This document shows positions 26,077-33,291 of a stretch of 64,000 bases of DNA, piece after piece. Position 1 is the stretch's first letter; every line of letters starts with the position of its first letter. Under the pieces are notes generated by a model that was not told the DNA's origin, did not search any database, and saw only the letters and a program-made list of their open reading frames with translations. The stretch lies in IMG/VR virus record IMGVR_UViG_3300030524_000003. One strand, written 5' to 3'. Both the position numbers and the translations under genes were made by a program. This stretch comes from an uncultured virus (IMG/VR IMGVR_UViG_3300030524_000003). Its lineage: Duplodnaviria > Heunggongvirae > Uroviricota > Caudoviricetes.

Positions 26077-26086
26077 GTGGTGCTCC

Positions 26087-26857
26087 TTAGAGCGTCTTCA
26101 TTGCGGCAAGAAGCCCGTTCAAATCCAATCCCGATGGCGACTTACCCTGAGCATTAACCCACGCCGGAGAAACGATACAGTACGCCTCGTCCATGTACTG
26201 CAAGAGGAAGTTCCACTGGAACGGGATGTTCATACCCCAACTGATGAGGTGTCCACCAGCGCTCCCCTGGCCAGTACCGTCGACGCAGTGACCGCCGATG
26301 ATCGGGGAGTTTGGCTGATACGTCCAGTTCGATGTGTCATCCTCTGCCGACTGTGGCAGGTTGATGCCGAGGTACGTCCCGCCAAACAGGTCGTTGGCAT
26401 ACCGGATCTGCGGGATGCTCGAGAGGTCGAGCGAAGCCCACCCGATAATCTTGTGGACGACTTCCTTGCCATTTTTGTCGGTCACCGTGATGCCGGTGTT
26501 CTTCCAGTACTGGAGCATCGAGAGCAGATCGGTTCCTTGATCTGTCGGGTTGTTGCCCGACGGCCCGGCGTTGATATCGAATCCGGTGACCGCGCTGTAG
26601 AGGTCAAGCGTTTGCTGGAGGGTTCCGTAAAGCGGATTGCCCGTGTTCGCCGTTTCGACTTGGATCAAGTGCATCGCGCCAGCAGCAGCGCAATCGCCCC
26701 AGGTGTCGTTCCCGAGGATATTCAGGTCGGCAGGGTTGACGGCGTACTCCCAACCCCGCGGCGCCACTGCTGGCCAAGTTGTTGCCTTCGCAAGAAAATC
26801 TCCGAAGGCGGGCGTGGACATGAGGCGACGCGGGGCTTTTTTACCAAGCTTAGGCAT
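26087..26857 (-). CDS. Papain-like (C1-fold) cysteine peptidase
   Basis: GND.WGDC (catalytic Cys), DQG, GGHCV (His), ISWG. Confidence 0.75.
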   Translation of the reverse strand: MPKLGKKAPRRLMSTPAFGDFLAKATTWPAVAPRGWEYAVNPADLNILGNDTWGDCAAAGAMHLIQVETANTGNPLYGTLQQTLDLYSAVTGFDINAGPSGNNPTDQGTDLLSMLQYWKNTGITVTDKNGKEVVHKIIGWASLDLSSIPQIRYANDLFGGTYLGINLPQSAEDDTSNWTYQPNSPIIGGHCVDGTGQGSAGGHLISWGMNIPFQWNFLLQYMDEAYCIVSPAWVNAQGKSPSGLDLNGLLAAMKTL

Positions 26858-26873
26858 GGGAGTCCTTTACTGC

Positions 26874-27398
26874 TTACTGAAGTTTTGAAATCTTGTATTC
26901 GGGATGAGCTGCGACGATGGCGTTGAAGCGCTTCCGGTATTCCTTCGCGCTCTTCGGTGGAGCGTAGCCAAGCTGGACGTGGCGATGGGGAGTATGGGCG
27001 ACCGCTCCATAGGTGCCGGAGGCAAGCGGTGCGGGCGATGCGGGGAGTAGCGCGATAATCGACTCTGCCGTGGCAATGGCGAGGTCAATCAGGGGCGCAT
27101 ACGCGCTGGTGATCGGGAAGAGGTTGAGGTCGTCTTCGACCACGTTCAGTACTTCGATGACTTCCTGAGTTGGAGAACCCGCCTTCCAGTTGTCGATGGC
27201 GGTTACGGCCGCGCCGGTATCGGTCAGAAGTTTTGACGCGAGGCTTGCGTTGCCTTCAATCGCTGCAATCTGCGATGCGGAGTTGCCGAGAGTTTGAACG
27301 AGATCGGCAATGGTAGTCGAGCTGCAACCGGTCAGCGATGGCAGGGCTAGAATCGCGACGGAGGCTGCGGAGGATTTGAGGAAGAGGCGACGGTCCAT
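26874..27398 (-). CDS. Tat-exported lipoprotein
   Basis: MDRRLFLKS twin-arginine motif plus LTG-C lipobox. Confidence 0.75.
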   Translation of the reverse strand: MDRRLFLKSSAASVAILALPSLTGCSSTTIADLVQTLGNSASQIAAIEGNASLASKLLTDTGAAVTAIDNWKAGSPTQEVIEVLNVVEDDLNLFPITSAYAPLIDLAIATAESIIALLPASPAPLASGTYGAVAHTPHRHVQLGYAPPKSAKEYRKRFNAIVAAHPEYKISKLQ

Positions 27399-27419
27399 GG
27401 TGGGTTTCTCCTGTGCATG

Positions 27420-27448
27420 ATGCTTGCATGAAGGTGGTGAGGTGTCAA
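27420..27448 (-). promoter_or_regulatory. Promoter with a perfect TTGACA -35; the operator (27420-27429) covers the -10 position
   Basis: TTGACA at 27443-27448 (minus strand), motif about 17 nt downstream, then AGGAG RBS; the -10 match is weak. Confidence 0.55.
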
Positions 27449-27509
27449 GAAGAAAGCCTCCCCGGAGGGAGACTTGTCTTCGGGCAAACCGATAAGCCCG
27501 GCTTGCCGA

Positions 27510-27956
27510 CTATGGTCCGGCAGTAACCGTCAGGCTGGTTGGCGCTGCCGGTGTACCGAACACAAGGTTGAGAATCGGCGCTGATACTGTTGCGCTCGAT
27601 GCTGCCCCGCCAGCGGTGAACGTATCGGTTACCGCATAACAGTACACGGCGGCCACGGTTGGTGCAGAGTCGCTGAAGGTTCCAGCATTCGCAGCGGCCG
27701 AGGTCACCGCCACCGTTCCGATCTGAGTATAAGCCGATGTGCCGACGCTAAAACTCGCACAGCTCGCGACGCCGGAAGTAATCGTTGCTGCTGCCCGGTA
27801 AACGGTCGAAGTGATGGGCCCTGACGTCTGCACACCGCTCGTCTGGCCCACGGTCGTGGCCGCGCCAGGCGATGTCCATGTCAGGTTGATGTGCTGTGCG
27901 AACGCGGGTACGGCTGCAAGCAGGACGGCGGCAAGGAGTGCCTTCAGGGTTCTCAT
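27510..27956 (-). CDS. Secreted single FN3-like domain protein
   Basis: Signal peptide; INLTWT, VYRA, FSD, YCYAVT; C-terminal PAAPTSLTV. Confidence 0.7.
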   Translation of the reverse strand: MRTLKALLAAVLLAAVPAFAQHINLTWTSPGAATTVGQTSGVQTSGPITSTVYRAAATITSGVASCASFSVGTSAYTQIGTVAVTSAAANAGTFSDSAPTVAAVYCYAVTDTFTAGGAASSATVSAPILNLVFGTPAAPTSLTVTAGP

Positions 27957-27975
27957 GGCTGGAATTGTACTCCCC

Positions 27976-28012
27976 AAAAGAAAGGGTGCCTCGACATTTC
28001 TGAGGCACCCTT
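27976..28012 (-). terminator. Intrinsic terminator
   Basis: AAGGGTGCCTC-N9-GAGGCACCCTT followed by TCTTTT on the minus strand. Confidence 0.7.
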
Positions 28013-28031
28013 GAAGGAAAATGGAAAATTC

Positions 28032-28403
28032 CTAGTTCTTGGTAATTGAGATGCGTTTCGCCCCACCTGCGGATTTAGGCGGAAACTTGGTGCGATCGTC
28101 TTCCTCGAGAACTGTCCCGTCCTCGTATTTGGCTGTAAACGCCTTCTTTGTTACTGGCTCGGCAGCCACCGCCACTGGAGACTTCCCAGCGTCAGCACGA
28201 TTGAGAGTCGCTGGAACCGCGTGGGGATCGGTCACAACTGGCTTTGGCGCGATCTCTTTGCCCTCAAGCTTGGCTATGCCCATCCTGATCTTCTGGAGGG
28301 TAAGGGCTACCCAGCTCTCGGGGTAACCGGCGGCGCTGCTGTTGGCGAGGTCAGCCTCAGCACCTTTAAAATGGGCGAGTGCTTCGTTGTTCTGGTCAGA
28401 CAT
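28032..28403 (-). CDS. Hypothetical protein
   Basis: 123-aa ORF coupled to the upstream GT gene. Confidence 0.65.
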   Translation of the reverse strand: MSDQNNEALAHFKGAEADLANSSAAGYPESWVALTLQKIRMGIAKLEGKEIAPKPVVTDPHAVPATLNRADAGKSPVAVAAEPVTKKAFTAKYEDGTVLEEDDRTKFPPKSAGGAKRISITKN

Positions 28404-29145
28404 TTTGGAGCTCCTTTTGCTTCAGATTTTGCTGCCACGTCTCGTAAAGCAGAAACAGATCCGAACTATTGCCCAGATCCAACGATACCTTCGAAATTCT
28501 ACCCCTCGTCGCGATGCGATGCCCAATATACTTCGATGCCGGCCCAGCGCTGAAAAGTACCAGGGGGGCATCTACTTCGTAAGCTTGGGCGATAACATCC
28601 TCTGATTGCCGCCAGTTGTCCATCTGGATATAGGAGGTTTTTACGCCAAGAAGTTCGTGCGCCCGGTCAGCTAGAGCTGCGTAAGAGTTCGGGTTGCGGT
28701 GGATGAACAGGATGTGGCCAGCAGCTTTGTAGAGATTGATCTTCATCTCTTCGGTCCACGCATTACACCAGAAGTTGTCGACGTAGCGGGGCCGGGAACG
28801 GAACCGGTTGTAGAGTTCGAAGTCCTCTCGAATGATCCCGCTGATCGACGGTGCAAACCATGTGCATTCATTCGCTGCAAGTTTTATCCTGTCGTGCAGG
28901 TCGCACTTGTCGATCCCGAGGCATCCCAGGCGTCCCATCCAGTCATCATCTTCAACGTCACGAGTGCTGGCTGGTAGACCCTCGAGGTAGTCCATCAGCA
29001 GTTTCTCTCCGTCCCCCATTCTGACGATGCTGAGCGGCTCTCGCCTTAGAACCGCGTTCGCAACCATCATGTAGAACGTGCTGGTGGAGATCGTGTCCAT
29101 GCAGCGATAGACCTGAGACTGGCTAAGCAGTGTCGGTTCAAACAT
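28396..29145 (-). CDS. GT-D-fold (DUF1792-like) glycosyltransferase
   Basis: PLSIVRMGDGE motif; LFSAGPASK; LDLG. Confidence 0.65.
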   Translation of the reverse strand: MFEPTLLSQSQVYRCMDTISTSTFYMMVANAVLRREPLSIVRMGDGEKLLMDYLEGLPASTRDVEDDDWMGRLGCLGIDKCDLHDRIKLAANECTWFAPSISGIIREDFELYNRFRSRPRYVDNFWCNAWTEEMKINLYKAAGHILFIHRNPNSYAALADRAHELLGVKTSYIQMDNWRQSEDVIAQAYEVDAPLVLFSAGPASKYIGHRIATRGRISKVSLDLGNSSDLFLLYETWQQNLKQKELQNV

Positions 29146-30142
29146 GCTTTCCCTCGATAAATTCATTCCAGACGAGCACTGAATGCTTCACGTACTCCTC
29201 CAGTGCTGCATGGTTCAACGCTACCCCAACCTTGTCAGCGAGATGCATCGCATCTGTGATGTTGTTCGAGCTGTCGTACTTCGCCTTCGATCGCGCCGGC
29301 AGCCAACGAATTGCGTCGGAGCCGACCAGGGGAACCCCCATGCTAACCGCGTCCGCAGCGCAAATGTCGAACGTCTCGGAAATGGACACCTGGAGGCAGA
29401 TATCCATCGACTCAACGAGTTCAAGGAATTCATCGTGGGGAAGCCACGGGTGAAGAATTAGCCGCCCGCCAGTGTTGTCGATGACAGCCTTGATCGACTT
29501 CTTGATCGCGTTCACCTCTACGCCATCAGGAGCATCGTTCATGTGGAAGTGGAGCCTTTTGTTTTTGTCCTGCGCCCACTTCGCAGCAGCAAAAGCCTGC
29601 TCGGTCTGATTCTTTAGAATGCGCAACGCTCCGAAGCATCCGACGTTGACGTGGTGCTCGTGGCATCGAGGCTCGTGGCGGAGGCGCTGCATGGGATAGT
29701 AGTTCGGCAGGTAGACGCTGTCACCCAGAAGCATGAAGTCGTCCCGTGCGTAGATCGAGTTGAAGGCTACGTCAATCCCCAGCGCCATGAAATCAGCAAT
29801 CCAGAGCACGCCAATTCCTTCTTGCGCCAAAAATGGAACTTCTGAATTGATCCGCACCACAAAGCGAACCTTTGGGAAGGTCTTCTTTAGCCACTCCATC
29901 TTCTTCGGAGTCACCCACAACGCCTCCAGAATCACCAGTGTTGGGTCTAGATCAAGAATGAAGGTCTCAACTGAGTTTTCATCGCTCGCCTCGGCGAGTT
30001 TTACCCTGTGGCCTTCTCGCTTCAACATCTCAACGATGAAGAGCGTCGCCGTCTTCAAACTGTTATGCCCCTGGTTGTAAGCACCGTACGACTGATGGCG
30101 CTTGATGATAAATAATATTAACGGCGAACGGTGCTCGGGCAT
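29138..30142 (-). CDS. GT4-like (GT-B) glycosyltransferase
   Basis: GCFGALRILKNQ; MDICLQVSISETFDICAADAVSMGVPLVGS. Confidence 0.8.
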   Translation of the reverse strand: MPEHRSPLILFIIKRHQSYGAYNQGHNSLKTATLFIVEMLKREGHRVKLAEASDENSVETFILDLDPTLVILEALWVTPKKMEWLKKTFPKVRFVVRINSEVPFLAQEGIGVLWIADFMALGIDVAFNSIYARDDFMLLGDSVYLPNYYPMQRLRHEPRCHEHHVNVGCFGALRILKNQTEQAFAAAKWAQDKNKRLHFHMNDAPDGVEVNAIKKSIKAVIDNTGGRLILHPWLPHDEFLELVESMDICLQVSISETFDICAADAVSMGVPLVGSDAIRWLPARSKAKYDSSNNITDAMHLADKVGVALNHAALEEYVKHSVLVWNEFIEGKHV

Positions 30143-30253
30143 GGTGTGGCCTTCTTGCAGGGGGTGAATTGTAGGATGCCGATTTCTCGTGCAGGGTTGG
30201 CGGCTCCCTTGAAGCCGATACTACCACGCAGCCAAATTGTGCAAACGTGAATT

Positions 30254-31180
30254 TTAGTTGTCAGTGCAGTACGCGGTAACCGTCATGTTGATGTAGAAGC
30301 CAGAAGGAACTCCCGCAGGCATAAAGAACCTCACCTGAAGCTGGTCGTTCGCGTTTACGGGGAACGAAGGAGACGCCACCGACTCCACCGTTACCCCCGT
30401 CCACGTCTGCGTCACCGCCGAATTTGGAATGGCGATGCCCTGCGTGATATCCCACATTTGAATCGTTATTGGCGTAGAAAGTCCGCCGCTCATACGCGCA
30501 TCGTAGACGACCCGATTGAGGCTACAGGCGTTTGGAGCGAGGTACACCATGTCCGGGTTGTGGCCGAGCGCTACCAGCGACCCGAGATAGTAAGTCGTGG
30601 TCGGCGAGACGACGATGTTGGTCGGAGCCACAAACTTGAAGACGTCCACCGGAGCGTTGAATAGCTGGCGGAAGGACGATCCGTTCTCTGAGATTTGGAG
30701 GATTCCGTTGCTTCGGCACAGCGTACTCGAACCGGGAGTCGTTGAGGTCGCCGCGGCACTCAAAACGCACGCTGGAGTACCGTCGCAGAATATAGCTTGG
30801 CCTGGGTCTGAGGACGAGAAGTAGGAGCACACCGCTGGAGGCACCAGCGCGCTCACCGAATTCGAAGGCGAGGATACAAACCCGGCCAGAACAGACTGCA
30901 CGTAGTAGCAGTAGGACGATCCGGCAGCCACCGTGACATCGGTATACGGCCCACCAGCCGCTACCCCGGAAGCGAGTGTTGAGAATGTCTGCCCCGTCAC
31001 ACAGGCACCGGGAGCGCGAGAGACGGTGATCGTGGTTCCCGCTGTAGTCGATGCCGCCCAGTTGAGGACAACTTCGCTTGGCGCGGTCGCAGTCGCGCCT
31101 GTCGCAGTCACGGCTAAGTTTGTCTGGCTGAAGGCCGCTGTGGTCAGGGCAAGGAGAGCTAGGGCTAGGCGACGGAGCAT
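30254..31180 (-). CDS. Secreted FN3-domain protein with a C-terminal beta domain
   Basis: Signal peptide MLRRLALALLALTTAAFS-Q; VVLNW, YTD..V..G.SYCYYV, S.PSN. Confidence 0.7.
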   Translation of the reverse strand: MLRRLALALLALTTAAFSQTNLAVTATGATATAPSEVVLNWAASTTAGTTITVSRAPGACVTGQTFSTLASGVAAGGPYTDVTVAAGSSYCYYVQSVLAGFVSSPSNSVSALVPPAVCSYFSSSDPGQAIFCDGTPACVLSAAATSTTPGSSTLCRSNGILQISENGSSFRQLFNAPVDVFKFVAPTNIVVSPTTTYYLGSLVALGHNPDMVYLAPNACSLNRVVYDARMSGGLSTPITIQMWDITQGIAIPNSAVTQTWTGVTVESVASPSFPVNANDQLQVRFFMPAGVPSGFYINMTVTAYCTDN

Positions 31181-31203
31181 CGGAACCACCTCACGCTGAC
31201 AGT

Positions 31204-31716
31204 CTACTGCGTATTTCTGGCCAGCATGATAAGATTCCGCGCCTTACCACGCTGATCTTCGGGGATGTGGTCGAATATGGTTCCACCGTTTAGGTGCTCA
31301 ATCTCGTGCTGAACGCACCGAGCTGCAAGGTGGGAGAGTTCGATGTCGATCTCTTTCCCGCTTGGGGTTGTCGCCACCAGACGGACGCGCACCGCACGCT
31401 CCACCATCACCTTGATCGTCGGTGGTAAGCTCATACACTCCTCGACCTTCGAGACGCGCTCGTTGCTCTCCCACACGATCTCCGGATTCACAAAGATGCT
31501 CTTGGTTTTGAGGCCGAGAAGCTTCGTATTCAGCACGAAGACGCGGTAGAGCGAACCGATCTGGTTGGCCGAGAGGCCCACGCTCTTCCGCTTCACCTGC
31601 TTCAACGCAGCCATCAAGTCTTCGCCCACCTGTCGGGCGATGTCGTCACGACCTTCAGGAACCGGGACGCAGGGTGTAGTCAGGATTGGGTTGGGGTATT
31701 GGATGATGTGCGGCAT
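31204..31716 (-). CDS. def: Peptide deformylase
   Basis: VGLSANQIG, EECMS (EGCLS variant), QHEIEHLNG. Confidence 0.9.
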   Translation of the reverse strand: MPHIIQYPNPILTTPCVPVPEGRDDIARQVGEDLMAALKQVKRKSVGLSANQIGSLYRVFVLNTKLLGLKTKSIFVNPEIVWESNERVSKVEECMSLPPTIKVMVERAVRVRLVATTPSGKEIDIELSHLAARCVQHEIEHLNGGTIFDHIPEDQRGKARNLIMLARNTQ

Positions 31717-31967
31717 TAGACGGGTAACCCTCCCTCGCGTCGGGCAAGCTTCTCACCCTCTGCCATGTCCATCACCCGAATGACAAACTTTCCGCCACGG
31801 CAGTCAGCCACAACGCACTTCTCGTTGTCGCCGAGCCGCAAGACGTCCTCGGACAGAATCTCCACATCGGTCAGGCCAAACTTCAGCATGAGAACGCCCA
31901 CGATCTTGTGCCAGTTATCGTGGGTGAGCCGCGTGACTGGATGATCGGGATTTAGTTCGTCACCCAC
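31716..31967 (-). CDS. Hypothetical phage protein
   Basis: 83-aa ORF translationally coupled on both sides. Confidence 0.65.
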   Translation of the reverse strand: MGDELNPDHPVTRLTHDNWHKIVGVLMLKFGLTDVEILSEDVLRLGDNEKCVVADCRGGKFVIRVMDMAEGEKLARREGGLPV

Positions 31968-32167
31968 TAGCGGTTGAACCTCTCGATCCTGCGACGGAGG
32001 ATATCCCTGTACACCGTCATCGCTGCACGTTGATCGACAAGATGCCGCCGGTCTATCTTGTCGAGGTTTTTGAAAATACTGGAGTCCTCGATGAAGACGT
32101 GTAGTTTCTCCAACTTTGCGTCCAGTTCCTCATGCTCGTCTACGACTCGCTGCTGATGTGCTTCCAT
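31967..32167 (-). CDS. crAss001_48-like small phage protein
   Basis: HQQRVVDE..EL..KL.KL..FI...L..Q..AM..Y..IL..RI..F. Confidence 0.7.
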   Translation of the reverse strand: MEAHQQRVVDEHEELDAKLEKLHVFIEDSSIFKNLDKIDRRHLVDQRAAMTVYRDILRRRIERFNR

Positions 32168-32188
32168 TTTGGTTTCCTCGTCAAAATG

Positions 32189-32631
32189 TGGTGGGCAGAG
32201 GCGGGGTGTACAACCCCTGGCTTCCTCTGCCTTTTAGCATGCCCCGTTTACCCCGCACGAGACCCCTATCGCGTGTACTTGCCCTTGACGCCGGGCTTTC
32301 TGGTCAGGTCTTGGTTCGCCAAGCCGTTGCTAAAAACTTTAGTTGGGGTGACGGTCCCCGTTTACTCATCTGCCAGCCTGTACTCCGATGTGAGTTGGAC
32401 TATCACCGCTAACTTTGCCGCCGTCATTCGGCTCGGGTGAAGCTCTGTCGCTTTTCGTCTCTCAGCCCACTGGCCTTCGCGTTGGGTATATGTTGTGTCC
32501 TGAAACTTTGGGCCATTTTCGTATTGAAATAGGCCTCCGTCAAAGTCATCGAATTTCGCTATAACCCGAGAAATAGCCGCTCGCGTAGGACATTTATAAG
32601 GTCCGTCTTAGAAGCGGGCTCATCCAGACCT
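32189..32631 (-). ncRNA. Candidate structured non-coding RNA of about 443 nt
   Basis: No sense-strand ORF of 60 aa or more; own promoter; several long-range complementary pairs; ends in an 8-bp stem plus CACCA. Confidence 0.65.
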
Positions 32632-32637
32632 GAAGAC

Positions 32638-32684
32638 AATCTACCGCATCATGCAAGCATGCGCAATGGTATCTTTGGTAACCA
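32638..32684 (-). promoter_or_regulatory. Promoter TTGCGC-17-TAGATT with the operator (32651-32660) in the spacer and an upstream TGGTTACCAAAGATACC box
   Basis: Same architecture as the promoter at 20259-20305. Confidence 0.7.
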
Positions 32685-32712
32685 AAAAGAACCCACCCCG
32701 GCTAGGGTGGGG
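32684..32712 (-). terminator. Intrinsic terminator insulating the ncRNA promoter
   Basis: CCCACCC-TAGCCG-GGGTGGG followed by TTCTTTTT on the minus strand. Confidence 0.65.
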
Positions 32713-32820
32713 AGTAGAGAGTTTCCCTTGGTTTACGTTCGCTGCGAATTTTCCAAGTTCACATCGAATGCCGCGATTCTAGGCATAGAAAAACCGGGCG
32801 TCAACAGGTTTATTCGATTA

Positions 32821-32952
32821 TTACCCATCGGCGGGCGGTATCTCGACTGGTTGACCGGGGGATGTGCCGGACGACCCCGGCGGCTTCAATGGGTTCGATG
32901 TGCGCGTCATTGGACCGAAAAAACCCACGAGTGTAAGGATGATTGCTAACAC
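32821..32952 (-). CDS. 43-aa peptide with a hydrophobic N-terminus and a Pro-rich tail
   Basis: GGAGG RBS and GTG start: MLAIILTLVGFFGPMTRTSNPLKPPGSSGTSPGQPVEIPPADG. Confidence 0.45.
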   Translation of the reverse strand: MLAIILTLVGFFGPMTRTSNPLKPPGSSGTSPGQPVEIPPADG

Positions 32953-32956
32953 GGGT

Positions 32957-33124
32957 TCACCTCCGCCTCTTTGACTTCCTGTTTGCGCTGCGATGCTTCA
33001 CGCGCTTCGGGAGCTTGCGCTTGCCAGTCTCGCGCTGCCACTTCTTTGCGGTCCCACGCGGCAGTTCTCCCCTAGCCTCTTTGGCGTAGAAAAGTCGTCT
33101 TTGAGCCTCGCTCTTAAATGGCAT
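32957..33124 (-). CDS. 55-aa basic phage protein (MPFKSEAQRR family)
   Basis: MPFKSEAQRRLFYAKEARGEL..AKKW.RET..KLPKRV, a recurrent small phage protein pattern. Confidence 0.7.
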   Translation of the reverse strand: MPFKSEAQRRLFYAKEARGELPRGTAKKWQRETGKRKLPKRVKHRSANRKSKRRR

Positions 33125-33127
33125 GGC

Positions 33128-33277
33128 CTAGCGGAGTCCACCGCGAAGCAGCAGGATGATAAGGATGATGAGCAAGACGGTTCCGATGCTGAAGCCACCG
33201 TTATAACCCAGCCCCGGCCCGGCATACCAGCCGCCGCCGAAGCAGAGCAGTACGAGTACGATGAGAAGAATAAGCAT
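33128..33277 (-). CDS. 49-aa DUF3309-like membrane protein
   Basis: MLILLIVLVLLCFGGGWYAGPGLGYNGGFSIGTVLLIILIILLLRGGLR; GGAGG RBS. Confidence 0.7.
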   Translation of the reverse strand: MLILLIVLVLLCFGGGWYAGPGLGYNGGFSIGTVLLIILIILLLRGGLR

Positions 33278-33291
33278 TGTAGCCTCCGTGT

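Noticed and set aside
32430..32470. TPP riboswitch (GCTGAGA...ACCCG on the minus strand)
   Set aside because: The downstream ACCTGAT...TAAT.C..CG.AGG half is missing and no thiamine gene is adjacent.
32189..32631. Conventional group I intron interrupting a protein gene
   Set aside because: The flanks are a promoter and an intact gene with its own RBS; no split ORF or clear P1 U-G splice site was found.
32116..32949. Plus-strand ORFs 32116-32412, 32132-32440 and 32659-32949
   Set aside because: No RBS or protein-like features, and antisense to the promoter and terminator signals.
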